NCBI GenBank assembly: GCA_963734495.1
Contig: CAVTHK010000011.1
Location: forward strand, 384,001-448,000
Direction of reading: 5' to 3'
Source of the DNA: an uncultured Spirochaetota bacterium
Lineage (GTDB): Bacteria > Spirochaetota > Spirochaetia > SZUA-6 > CAVTHK01
DNA length: 64,000 bases
A program made the translations under genes and the position numbers. The notes under the pieces were generated by a model. That model saw nothing but the letters and a program-made list of their open reading frames with translations, was not told where the DNA came from and made no database searches. How positions within the stretch are numbered: position 1 is the stretch's first letter; each line of letters begins with the position of its first letter. Shown here piece after piece: positions 52,847 through 61,971 of the stretch.

Positions 52847-53611
52847 TTACACCATTTCCAGGAGGTTGTAGATTTCCAGGCTGTACCGCCCGAACTCCGG
52901 CGAAGTGCGGACCTCGAGCGTCCGCGGCCGCGGGAGGTCGATGTCGAGCGCCTTGATCATCCGGGACGGCCGCGCGGAGAGCACGACCACCCGGTCGGAG
53001 AGGAACACGGCTTCGCCGATCCCGTGGGTCACGAAGAGCACGGTCTTGCGCGCCTCCTGCCAGATGCGCAGCAGCTCCAGGTTCATGCGCTCGCGGGTCA
53101 AAGCGTCGAGCGCGCCGAACGGCTCGTCCATCAGCAGCAGCTTCGGGTCGTGGATCAGCGCGCGCGCGATGGAGACCCGCTGCTGCATCCCGCCCGAGAG
53201 CTCCTTGGGGTAGCTCTTCTCGAAGCCCTTGAGGCCGACAAGCTCGAGCAGGTCCATTGCCTTGCGCTCGAGCGCGGCCCGATCCATCTTCAGGATCTCG
53301 ATAGGCAGCAGGACGTTGTCGAGGACCTTGCGCCAGTGCAGGAGCAGAGACTTCTGGAACACGAACCCCACCTCGCGGCCCGGGTCGAACTGCTCGCGGT
53401 CGACCTGGATCTCGCCGGCGCTCTGCTCGAGGAGTCCCGCGACGATCTTGAGCAGAGTGGTCTTGCCGCAGCCCGAGGGGCCGACGAGGCTCACGAACTC
53501 GCCGGGGAAGACGTCGAAGGTCACGCTGCCCAGCGCCTCGAGCTCCCCGTCCCGGGTGCGAAAGGTCTTCTTGAGACCGCGGATCGAAAGAAGCGGTTTC
53601 CTGTCGGCCAC
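52847..53611 (-). CDS. NitT/TauT family ABC transporter ATP-binding protein
   Basis: GPSGCGKT, LSGGMQQR, LLMDEPFGALD and FVTH motifs. Confidence 0.95.
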   Translation of the reverse strand: MADRKPLLSIRGLKKTFRTRDGELEALGSVTFDVFPGEFVSLVGPSGCGKTTLLKIVAGLLEQSAGEIQVDREQFDPGREVGFVFQKSLLLHWRKVLDNVLLPIEILKMDRAALERKAMDLLELVGLKGFEKSYPKELSGGMQQRVSIARALIHDPKLLLMDEPFGALDALTRERMNLELLRIWQEARKTVLFVTHGIGEAVFLSDRVVVLSARPSRMIKALDIDLPRPRTLEVRTSPEFGRYSLEIYNLLEMV

Positions 53612-53697
53612 GAGGTCTCCTCGGCTTGAGCCTGCGGAGGGAGCAGCTGCCGCGCGGCGTCGCGAGGACGCGCGCCGCGCGGCAGCCTTCCTTCATT

Positions 53698-54723
53698 CTA
53701 CCAGTTGTACTTGTACATCGGCTTGGGCAGGAGGTCCGCCGTGTACATGTCCTCCGGCGCGAACGGGATGGCCACGCCCTGGTAGGTTCTGACCAGGTCG
53801 ATGGTCTCCTTGAGCCGCGCGGGGTCGATGTATCCGATGCCGTTGTTCCGGTAGCGGTCGGTCTTGAAGAAGTCCATGACCACCTTGAGGTTCGCGAGGT
53901 AGTCCGCCTCGTTGATGGGGTGGTGCTTGGCGAGGATCGAGATCGCCTCCTCGGGATTCTTGAGCGTGTAGTCCCATCCGCGGTAGGCCGCCTTGAGGAA
54001 CTTGCGGACGAGCTCGGGGTTGTTCTTGATGACGTCGTCGCGCGCGATCAGGGAGTGAGCATAGGCGTTGAACCCGTAGTCAGCCCAGAGGAAGACCCCG
54101 AGCTGGGCCGGCGGGATCGCCTTTTCCATGAAGGGCTTGCCGGTGTACAGCTCGAACACGACGTCGGCGTTCCTGGAAGCCAGCGCCGCCACCTTGGCCG
54201 AGGGCGCGATGTTGACGAACTTGACCGAAGCAGGATCGACGCCGATGAGCTTGGCGAACGCGGGCCACATCACCTTGTGTCCGTCCGCGGCCGGAACGGC
54301 AACGGTCTTGCCGGCGATGTCCTGCGGCTTCGTGATCCCGGAGTCCTTCCAGAAGTACATGGCGTTGGGGTGCTTGTCGAAGAGGATCCCGACGATCCTG
54401 ACCTTGGCCCCCTCGGCCCGCATCTTGATCGGGACGGGCGCGTCGGAAATGCCGATCTCGGCCTTTCCGCTCTCGAGGGCCTGCACCGTGTACCCCGAGC
54501 CCTGGCCGAGGATGACGTTGACCTCGAGCCCCTCTTCGGCGAACCACCCCTTGTCCATCGCGACGTAGTACGGAGCGTGGTCGCCGGTGATCTGCCAGTT
54601 CAGCTGGAAATTGACCTTCTGCATCTGCTTCGGGGCCGAAGTCTCGCTCTGCGACGAAGCCCATCCGGCGGCAGCGGCCAGCGCCAGGACTGCAGCCACC
54701 ATCAACACTCTTCTGCCTTTCAT
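53698..54723 (-). CDS. NitT/TauT (SsuA/THI5-like) ABC substrate-binding protein
   Basis: AAGGAGG RBS, signal peptide, FQLNW...HAPYYVA..KGWFAEEGLEV, I.KP.DIAGK and NPE.V.KFL motifs. Confidence 0.9.
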   Translation of the reverse strand: MKGRRVLMVAAVLALAAAAGWASSQSETSAPKQMQKVNFQLNWQITGDHAPYYVAMDKGWFAEEGLEVNVILGQGSGYTVQALESGKAEIGISDAPVPIKMRAEGAKVRIVGILFDKHPNAMYFWKDSGITKPQDIAGKTVAVPAADGHKVMWPAFAKLIGVDPASVKFVNIAPSAKVAALASRNADVVFELYTGKPFMEKAIPPAQLGVFLWADYGFNAYAHSLIARDDVIKNNPELVRKFLKAAYRGWDYTLKNPEEAISILAKHHPINEADYLANLKVVMDFFKTDRYRNNGIGYIDPARLKETIDLVRTYQGVAIPFAPEDMYTADLLPKPMYKYNW

Positions 54724-54772
54724 GAGGCACCTCCTTGCCAAGCTGTACGCGGACCAACGGTCCGATGTCGGG

Positions 54773-55561
54773 TCACAATCGGGTCTGCTCTTGCTCGTGC
54801 CAGGGCATCGCGGCCCGCTCGACGAGCGCGACCACGCCGAACAACGCCACCCCCAGCACGGAGACCACGATCAGGGCGGCAAAGATCGGCGGCGTGTCCA
54901 TCGTGAACTGCGAGTTGACGATGATGTAGCCGAGCCCGCGGTCCGAGGCCACGAACTCCCCCACGATCGCTCCCACCACCACCATCGTGGAACAGATCCT
55001 GAGGCCGGAAAAGATGTACGGCAGCGAGTTGGGGAGGCGTATCTTGACGAAGACCTGCCACTTGCTCGCGTGCAGGTAGCGGACGAGGTCGATCAGGTCT
55101 TCGTCGATATCGGAGAGCCCGGTAGCGGCGTTGATGACGACGGGAGAAAAGGACACGAGGAACGCGATCAGGATGTTCGTGGCGAGCCCGTAGCCGAACC
55201 ACAGGAGAATGATGGGCGCCACGGCGACGATCGGCAGCGAGTTCACGAACAGGAAGAACGGCATGATGAGGTCGCGCAGCCACCGCGACCAGGAGATCGC
55301 GACGGCAAGCGCGACGCCGGCGACGGCCGTGACGGCAAAGCTGATGACCACCTCCGAGACGGTCGTGCCGATCTGGAGCTTCCAGTTGTAGAAGGCGCCG
55401 GGCTGCCGGACAAAGAGGTGAGCGAGCGCAGAGACCGGCGACGGCAGGACGAACTCCGGGATCGCGAACACCATGACCGCCGCCTGCCACAGCGCAAAGA
55501 GCGCCGCGACAACCAGCAGCGTAGAGGAGTTGTTCCTGAAAGCGGTCCAGATTCTGCGCAC
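54773..55561 (-). CDS. NitT/TauT ABC transporter permease
   Basis: LPSP, P.VAVAP...WFGYG, LP..LPYIFSGL and GAIVGEF...GLG motifs. Confidence 0.92.
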   Translation of the reverse strand: MRRIWTAFRNNSSTLLVVAALFALWQAAVMVFAIPEFVLPSPVSALAHLFVRQPGAFYNWKLQIGTTVSEVVISFAVTAVAGVALAVAISWSRWLRDLIMPFFLFVNSLPIVAVAPIILLWFGYGLATNILIAFLVSFSPVVINAATGLSDIDEDLIDLVRYLHASKWQVFVKIRLPNSLPYIFSGLRICSTMVVVGAIVGEFVASDRGLGYIIVNSQFTMDTPPIFAALIVVSVLGVALFGVVALVERAAMPWHEQEQTRL

Positions 55562-55571
55562 AGCCGTCCCT

Positions 55572-56354
55572 CTAGGAGACCGGTGCATCCGTCTGCCACG
55601 GCATCGCGACCTTCGAGAGCGCCGAGACCCCGCCGAACAGGGCCAGGCCGAAGACGGAGATGAGGATCAGGCTGGCGAACATGGGAGGCGTGTCGATCAT
55701 CGCCTGCGAATCCTTGAGCAGGTACCCGAGCCCCTTGTCCGAAGCGACGAACTCGCCGACGATCGTGCCGACGACGCAGAGGGTCGAGCTGATCTTGAAT
55801 CCGGAAAAGATGTACGGAAGCGAGTTGGGGATGCGGATCTTGAGGAACACCTGCGCCTTGCCGGCGTGGAGGTAGCGGACGAGGTCGAGGAGGTCCTGGT
55901 CGACGGCGTTCAGGCCGGCCGTCGTGTTGATGATCACGGGAAAGAACGCGATCAGCACCGCGATGACGATGTTGGGAACCAGGCCGTATCCCAGCCAGAT
56001 CAGGAACAGCGGGGCAAAGGCGATCTTGGGCAGCGAGTTCAGAAGCGCGAGCACCGGCGTGATGATCCTGCGCATCGTCGCCGACCACGTGATGAGCAGC
56101 GCCACCAGCACCCCGCAGACCGCGGTCACGCAGAAGCTGATGAGGACGGCCGAGACGGTAGCTCCCGCGTGCTCGAGCCAGTGGTAGCGGGGCGCGACCG
56201 CCGGATCGACGAGCGCCGCAAAGGTCTTCTGCGGCGACGGGATGATGAAGGGCTTGACGCCGAACACGCTGACGAGCATCTGCCAGACGAGCAGGAACGC
56301 GGCCAGCGCAATGAGCTTCGCGATGTGCTTTCGGGCGAACGCCGGCGCCTTCAC
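55572..56354 (-). CDS. NitT/TauT ABC transporter permease (paralog of the next gene)
   Basis: PKIAFAPL..IWLGYG, IPNSLPYIFSG and VGEFVASDKGLG motifs. Confidence 0.92.
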   Translation of the reverse strand: MKAPAFARKHIAKLIALAAFLLVWQMLVSVFGVKPFIIPSPQKTFAALVDPAVAPRYHWLEHAGATVSAVLISFCVTAVCGVLVALLITWSATMRRIITPVLALLNSLPKIAFAPLFLIWLGYGLVPNIVIAVLIAFFPVIINTTAGLNAVDQDLLDLVRYLHAGKAQVFLKIRIPNSLPYIFSGFKISSTLCVVGTIVGEFVASDKGLGYLLKDSQAMIDTPPMFASLILISVFGLALFGGVSALSKVAMPWQTDAPVS

Positions 56355-56360
56355 CCGCTC

Positions 56361-56389
56361 AGACTAGAAGCATGCGGGCCATTTGTCAA
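56361..56389 (-). promoter_or_regulatory. Putative sigma70 promoter of the NitT/TauT operon (leaderless first gene)
   Basis: TTGACA-N17-TAGTCT, 6 nt before GTG 56354. Confidence 0.7.
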
Positions 56390-56409
56390 CCAAGACCGCC
56401 GCGAGCGGC

Positions 56410-57804
56410 TCAAACGGCGCCGTATGCCGGCGCGGGGAGGACGCGCTCGATCTCGTCGACCCGATACCCGAAGCCTGGCCCGCCGATGGTGCCGAGGTCG
56501 ATGCGCCCGTCGCGCCTGCGGTAGAGCCCGGGGTGCACGCGGGCTTCCGGGCCGGAGGCCCCTGGACAGAACTGCATCGAGTTGGTTTCGATACCCATGA
56601 TGGTCCCCGCGTGAGCGGCGAGCAGCGCGTGCGTGATCTGCGCGAGCATCGGGTTGGTGAGGTCCTGCACCATCAGCGTCATGCCGTGCGCCCTGGCCCA
56701 GCAGAGGCTGAGCAGGGCGCCGGTCTGCGTCTTGCACGTCTTGAGCGCCACGCCCGTCCACCCGAGACTGCGGCCGAGCCGGACGAGCCGCCAGTCGTGC
56801 GCGCTTTCGTCCATGAACAGGGGCTTGCGGGCCGACACCGCGTGGACATCCAGCCCCTCGGCCTCGAGGTCGTAGCCAAAGGGCTGCTCGACGTACAGGA
56901 GCATCTGGTGGACCAGGGGCTGCTCGGCCAGCAGGCGATCGAGGATCCGGCACACGTAACCGGGCTCGCTCACCGTGCAGTTGAAGTCCGCGGTGAGCCA
57001 CACGACACCCAGCTCCCTGCCGATTGCGGCCACGCGGATCAGACGCTCGAAGTCCCAGCCCTCGTCATTCCCGCGCAGCTTGACCTTGAGGCACATGAGG
57101 CCGTCCCTGCGGATCCAGTCGGCAAGCAGCACCGGGTAGCCGTCGTCGGGCTCCTGGCCCGTGAGGTCCTGCGGACTCAACGGGTCCGTTCCCCCGACCA
57201 GGTGCCACGCCGTCAGACTGCGCGCGGCAGGCACGAGGAAGGTCTTCGGGTACAGGCCACCAAAGGATACGCTCGATCCGTCGAGCGGCTCGAGATAGGC
57301 CGAGAGGTCGCGGTCCATGTAGCGCTCGTTGTAGGTCTCGTAAGCGGGCACGGAATGCAGCACGCCGAACGCGTCGTGCAGGGCTATGTCGAAAGGCGAC
57401 GCGCAGACCAGGGCCGCGAGCCGCGGGACGGGCGCCTCACGCGCCGCGTTGAACGCCGCCAGCACCCGCGGGAGCTCGTGCTCGAGGAACGCGTGGCCCA
57501 CCGCGATCGGGTCCCCGGCGTGCTCGAACCGCTCCCACGCCCGCGCCACGGCGACCGCGAAGTCCCGCAGCGCGAGGTCGCGCAGCTCGTGCGGCAGCGT
57601 GCCGGGCCAGGTCCACTGGACGCCGAGCGGCGTTTCGCCCCATCCCACGGCGCTTCGCCCAGTCGCGTCCTCGACCCGCATTGCCACCCGGGCGACCGTG
57701 ACGGCCGTGGCGATCTCGCGCCCGAACTTGAGCGGCACCCTGTTCTTCACGGGAAGAAAGGTGAGGCTCACCCCGGTGCAGCGGACGTCGGTGTCTCGAG
57801 CCAC
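56410..57804 (-). CDS. Enolase superfamily (mandelate racemase/muconate lactonising enzyme-like) protein
   Basis: GWGETP, S..DIALHD, KVK, metal ligands in DFN/EQP/DES, and ALKTCK; GAGGAG RBS before GTG 57804. Confidence 0.82.
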   Translation of the reverse strand: MARDTDVRCTGVSLTFLPVKNRVPLKFGREIATAVTVARVAMRVEDATGRSAVGWGETPLGVQWTWPGTLPHELRDLALRDFAVAVARAWERFEHAGDPIAVGHAFLEHELPRVLAAFNAAREAPVPRLAALVCASPFDIALHDAFGVLHSVPAYETYNERYMDRDLSAYLEPLDGSSVSFGGLYPKTFLVPAARSLTAWHLVGGTDPLSPQDLTGQEPDDGYPVLLADWIRRDGLMCLKVKLRGNDEGWDFERLIRVAAIGRELGVVWLTADFNCTVSEPGYVCRILDRLLAEQPLVHQMLLYVEQPFGYDLEAEGLDVHAVSARKPLFMDESAHDWRLVRLGRSLGWTGVALKTCKTQTGALLSLCWARAHGMTLMVQDLTNPMLAQITHALLAAHAGTIMGIETNSMQFCPGASGPEARVHPGLYRRRDGRIDLGTIGGPGFGYRVDEIERVLPAPAYGAV

Positions 57805-57815
57805 GAGAGAGCTCC

Positions 57816-59822
57816 TCAGCGCGGGCTGCGCAGCACCGCGATCTCGTAGGGCGGCAGGACGAGCTCGCCGGTTTTGCCGCCGCGCGGCGCCACTACCGGC
57901 TGCCAGCCTGGAGGGATCGCGACGCGAGCCTCGGCTGCGGTGTGGTTGAGCACGAACGTGTAGTCGCCGTCGTCGCCGGGTCTGAGCGCCACCTCCACGC
58001 CGTCGGGCGTCTCGCCCAGACCGCGCACCCCCGCTGCCGCGGTGAGCGCCGCCATCAAGTCGGCATTCATCATCGGACCGAGCTCCGTCGCCACGTAGAC
58101 GGCGCTTCCTTTGCCGTAGCGGTGGCGCGTGACCGCGGGAGTCTCTCTGTAGTAGTCGTCGGTGTAGACCGCGAGCGCCTCGGCGCCCTTGAGCTCGACG
58201 ATGTCGGCCCACTTCGATACCGCCTCGCTGGTCGCGGGGAACCCCCCGGCGCACCACCGTGCGCCCTGCGCCACGCTGCGCAGGCAGTCGTAGTCCGGGA
58301 TCTCGATGCCGAGCATCTTTGCGAAGGGACCGGGCAGCATCTCGGCCAGCGCCTTGTTGTCCCAGTCCTTGACGCCGGAACGGAGGCTCAGCACCAGGTG
58401 GCCGCCCGCGCGGACCCAGGCGTCAAGCCGCGCCGCGAGCTCCGGCCGCGTGAGAAAGAGCATCGGCGCGACGACCAGCTTGTAGCCGTCGAGCTCGGTC
58501 TCAGGGCTCACGAAGTCCACCGGTATGTTGGCGCGGTGCAGCGCCTTGTAGAAGCCGCGGATGTGCTCGCGGTACTTCAGCTCCGGGTGGTGGGGCTGAA
58601 TCTGGTTGGCCCACGACTGGTCGTAGGAAAAGAGGATCGCCGCATCCGCGCGAGGTGCCTTCCCTTTGATCCTGTCGAGGATGGGCGAGAGCTCGACCGA
58701 GGTCCGCCTGACCTCGTCGTAGCGTCGGCCCGGCTTGCCGCTGTGCGGCAGGATCCCGTGCCAGTACTCCTCGGTGCCGAAGAGGCAGGTTCGCCAGCGG
58801 AAGTACACGACCGTGTCGGCGCCGCGCGCGATCGACTGCGCGGCCCAGAGCCGGAGCTGGCCCGGCCGCGGCGTCGGCCCGACGAGGTCCCAGCCCGCGG
58901 GGCCGGCCTGCTGCTCCATGATCCAGAACGTGCGCCGCTTGAGGCCGCGCACGAAGTCGAGCTTGATCGCGAGGTCGGCCGGGTCGGGGAGCGCGCCTGC
59001 CTCGGTCCAGAAGCCGATCGGGTACTGGTCGTGCGAGACGAAGTCCAGCCCTTTTGCGAGCTCGAAGTAGTCGGGCTTGTCGAAGAGGCCCATGAAGTTG
59101 TGCGTGACAAAGTGCTTCGGGCAGACCTCGCGCAGGATCGCGACCTGCAGGCTCTGGAACCCGACGACGAGGTCGGAGGTGAAGCGCCTCCAGTCGAGGC
59201 GCAGCGACGGGTTGTGCGAGTTGGGGGTCGGACGGGGCGCGGGAATCTGCGCGAACGAAGAGTAGGTCTGGCTCCAGAAGGCGGTGCCCCACGCCTCGTT
59301 GAGGCGATCGATCGTGCCGTACTTGCGCTCGAGCCAGGCGTGGAAGCCGGCACGGCAGGTGTCGCACGTGCAGACGTTGAGGTGGCTGTTGCCGAGCTCG
59401 TTGTCGATCTGCCAGCCGATCACGCGCGGGTCGTCCTTGTAGTGCTCGGCCATCGCGCGCACGACCGCGGCGACGCGGGCGCGATAGTCCGGGTTCGACT
59501 GGCAGTCGTGGTGCCGGCCGCCGAAGCCGAGGCGCGTGCCGTCCTCGCGCACGGGCAGCGCTTCGGGATACCGCTCGACGAGCCACGCCGGCGGCGCTGC
59601 CGACGGCGTGCCGAGCACGGCCTTGAGACCGGCGCGGCCCAGCACCTCCAGCGCGTCGTCGAGCCAGCCGAAGTCGAAGCGGTCCTGCGCGGGCTCCAGG
59701 CGCGACCAGGCGAACTCGGCGAGGCGCACGACCTCGAGGCCGGCCTCCGCCATCAGGCGCGCGTCGGTCTCCCACCGCTCCCTCGGCCAGTGCTCAGGGT
59801 AGTAGTCGGCGCCGAATCGCAT
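57816..59822 (-). CDS. Beta-galactosidase, glycoside hydrolase family 42
   Basis: GADYYPEHW, EFAWS.LEP, WQIDNE, CxCxxC, THNFM, MEQQ and YFRWR...EEYW.G motifs. Confidence 0.95.
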   Translation of the reverse strand: MRFGADYYPEHWPRERWETDARLMAEAGLEVVRLAEFAWSRLEPAQDRFDFGWLDDALEVLGRAGLKAVLGTPSAAPPAWLVERYPEALPVREDGTRLGFGGRHHDCQSNPDYRARVAAVVRAMAEHYKDDPRVIGWQIDNELGNSHLNVCTCDTCRAGFHAWLERKYGTIDRLNEAWGTAFWSQTYSSFAQIPAPRPTPNSHNPSLRLDWRRFTSDLVVGFQSLQVAILREVCPKHFVTHNFMGLFDKPDYFELAKGLDFVSHDQYPIGFWTEAGALPDPADLAIKLDFVRGLKRRTFWIMEQQAGPAGWDLVGPTPRPGQLRLWAAQSIARGADTVVYFRWRTCLFGTEEYWHGILPHSGKPGRRYDEVRRTSVELSPILDRIKGKAPRADAAILFSYDQSWANQIQPHHPELKYREHIRGFYKALHRANIPVDFVSPETELDGYKLVVAPMLFLTRPELAARLDAWVRAGGHLVLSLRSGVKDWDNKALAEMLPGPFAKMLGIEIPDYDCLRSVAQGARWCAGGFPATSEAVSKWADIVELKGAEALAVYTDDYYRETPAVTRHRYGKGSAVYVATELGPMMNADLMAALTAAAGVRGLGETPDGVEVALRPGDDGDYTFVLNHTAAEARVAIPPGWQPVVAPRGGKTGELVLPPYEIAVLRSPR

Positions 59823-59903
59823 GGGACCCTCCTCTTTGCGGGACGGGGGCCAGCATACAGGGCGGCGCCGCAGCGGGCAAGGCGCGTTCGCTTGCGCGTT
59901 CGC

Positions 59904-59932
59904 TTGCGCGCGGCACAGCGAGCGGATAGCCT
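59904..59932 (+). promoter_or_regulatory. Putative sigma70 promoter of add (leaderless); a divergent GH42 promoter TTGCCC-N17-TATGCT lies at about 59852-59880 on the minus strand
   Basis: TTGCGC-N17-TAGCCT, 6 nt before ATG 59939. Confidence 0.55.
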
Positions 59933-59938
59933 CTGTGC

Positions 59939-60981
59939 ATGACGCGGGACGAGCTGCGCGTGCTCCCGAAGGTCGAGCTTCACCGCCATCTCGACGGGAG
60001 CGTCCGCTTCGAAACTCTCGTCGAGCTCGCCCACGCCCATGGCCTCGACTTCGGGTTGGCCACGCAAGAGGACCTGTGGTCGCTTGCGAAGATCACCTCC
60101 CCCATGCGGGGCCTGGAAGAGGTGCTGCAGGGGTTCGAGGTCACGCGAAGGGCGCTCTGCTCCTACGACGCCGTGAGGCGCGTGGCCTTCGAGAACGTCG
60201 AGGACTGCTGGCGCGACGGGGTCGTGCTTGCGGAGCTGCGCTTCGCCCCCGCCTTTATCGCCGAAGGCAAGGATCTCGCCCTGGACGGCATCGTCGAAGC
60301 GGTGCTCGCGGGCGTCGCCGACGCGGCCGATCGCTATCCCATCCGCGTCGGGCTGATCGGCATCGTCGCGCGCAACCACGACCTCGCGGTGAGCAGGCGG
60401 GCGACCGAGGCGCTGGTCGCGGCCCGCCGGTCGCGCCTGCGCGGCTCGCGACGCCTCTGCGGCTTCGACCTGGCGGCACAGGAGCGGGGGATCGCGCCCG
60501 AGCCGTTCGCGGAGCTGGTCGAGCGGGCGCGCGAGGCGGGTTTCGGCATTACGGTCCATACCGGCGAGGACACCTCGGCGGACCACATGCGCCGGGCGCT
60601 CGCTCTCTACAGGCCGGACCGGATCGGCCACGGGATCCGCGCGTGGGGCGACGATGCGCTCGTGCGCGAGCTCGCGGAGCGGGGGATCCCGCTGGAAATC
60701 TCGCCGACTTCGAACTGGATCACCCGGTCGGTTCCGACGCTCGAGGAGCACCCGCTGCCGCGCCTGTACCGGTCGGGCGTGAGCGTGTCCATCAACTCCG
60801 ACGATCCCCACCTCTTCGGCATCGATCTCGTCCACGAGTACGAGCTGTGCGAGCGGCTGTACGGGCTGTCGACCGGAGACTTCCTCTCGATCAACCGCGC
60901 TGCCGCGCGCGCCTCTTTCTCGACGATACCAGCCGGCGCTGGGCGCTGGAGCGGCTCGAGGCGGCGGGAGGCGGGCCATGA
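59939..60981 (+). CDS. add: Adenosine deaminase; frameshift ~60918
   Basis: PKVELHRHLDGS, ELRFAP, TVHTGE, RIGHG, E.SPTSN and INSDDP motifs; the corrected C-terminus ends in an ATGA overlap with the next gene. Confidence 0.88.
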
Positions 60982-61905
60982 GCGTGACGGTGGCGTCGGT
61001 CGGGAGCCTGGTCGTCGACCTCGCGATCATGACTCCGCGCGTCCCCCTGGTCGGCGAGAACCTCGTCGCCCGCGGCTTTCGGATGGGGCCCGGCGGTAAG
61101 GGCGCAAACGCCGCCGCCGCGATGGCGCGCCTCGGCGCGCGCGTGGCTCTCGTCGGAGCGGTCGGCGACGACTCAGCTCGGCCGCATGGAGCTGGAGGCG
61201 CTCGCGCGCGAAGGCGTGCTGATCGACGGCGTCCGCGTCGTGGCGGGGAGCGAGACCGGCGTCGCGGTCATCATGGTCGACGACCGCAAGGAGAACACGA
61301 TCCTCGTGTCGCTCGGCGCCAACGACGCGCTTTCGCCGGACAGTGCACTCGAGGCGCTCGAACCGCTGTGGCCGGGCCTGGACGCCCTGCTCGTCGACTT
61401 CGAGGTGCCTCAGGCCGTCGTCGCCTCGGTCATAGATGAAGGCAGCCGGCGGCGGGTCCCCGTCGTCGTCGACGCCGGGCCGCCCCGGCGGTGGGGGCCC
61501 GAGACGTGGGGCCGTGCCGCTGTCGTGTCGCCTAACCGCGAGGAGGCGGCCGCGATCGCGGGCCGCGATCTCCCGAGCGACGACGCGGTGCGCGCAGCCG
61601 CTCGGGAGATGCTTCGGGCCGGCCCGGGCGCCGTCGTGGTCAAGATGGGCGCGGCGGGGGCGCTCGTCTGCACGCGCGCGAGCGTAGCGGCGGTCCCCGC
61701 GTTCCCGGTGACGCCGGTGGACACGACGGGCGCAGGGGACGCGTTCACCGCGGCGATGACGGTGGCCATAGCCGAGGGCGCCGACCTGGAGACCGCGGCC
61801 CGGCGCGGCTGCGCTGCCGGCGCGCTCGCCGTGACCCGCTTCGGCACGATGCCCGCCATGCCCACGCTGCAGGAGCTGGAGAGTTTTCTCGCGGCGCGGT
61901 CTTGA
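60978..61905 (+). CDS. rbsK: Ribokinase (PfkB family); frameshift ~61175
   Basis: GS..VD, GGKGAN.A.A.ARLG, GAVGDD, PNREE and VDTTGAGDAF motifs. Confidence 0.85.
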
Positions 61906-61971
61906 GGCCCGAGTCAGGCTCTTGCCGTCGCCCCGCCGTGGTGCTAGGGTGTGAGCATCGGAGGACGAACC

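Noticed and set aside
57942-59942. Long antisense ORFs (for example 666 aa here, 9703..11256, 36668..38620, 61027..63120)
   Set aside because: Shadow ORFs expected from high GC3 codon bias opposite well-supported genes.
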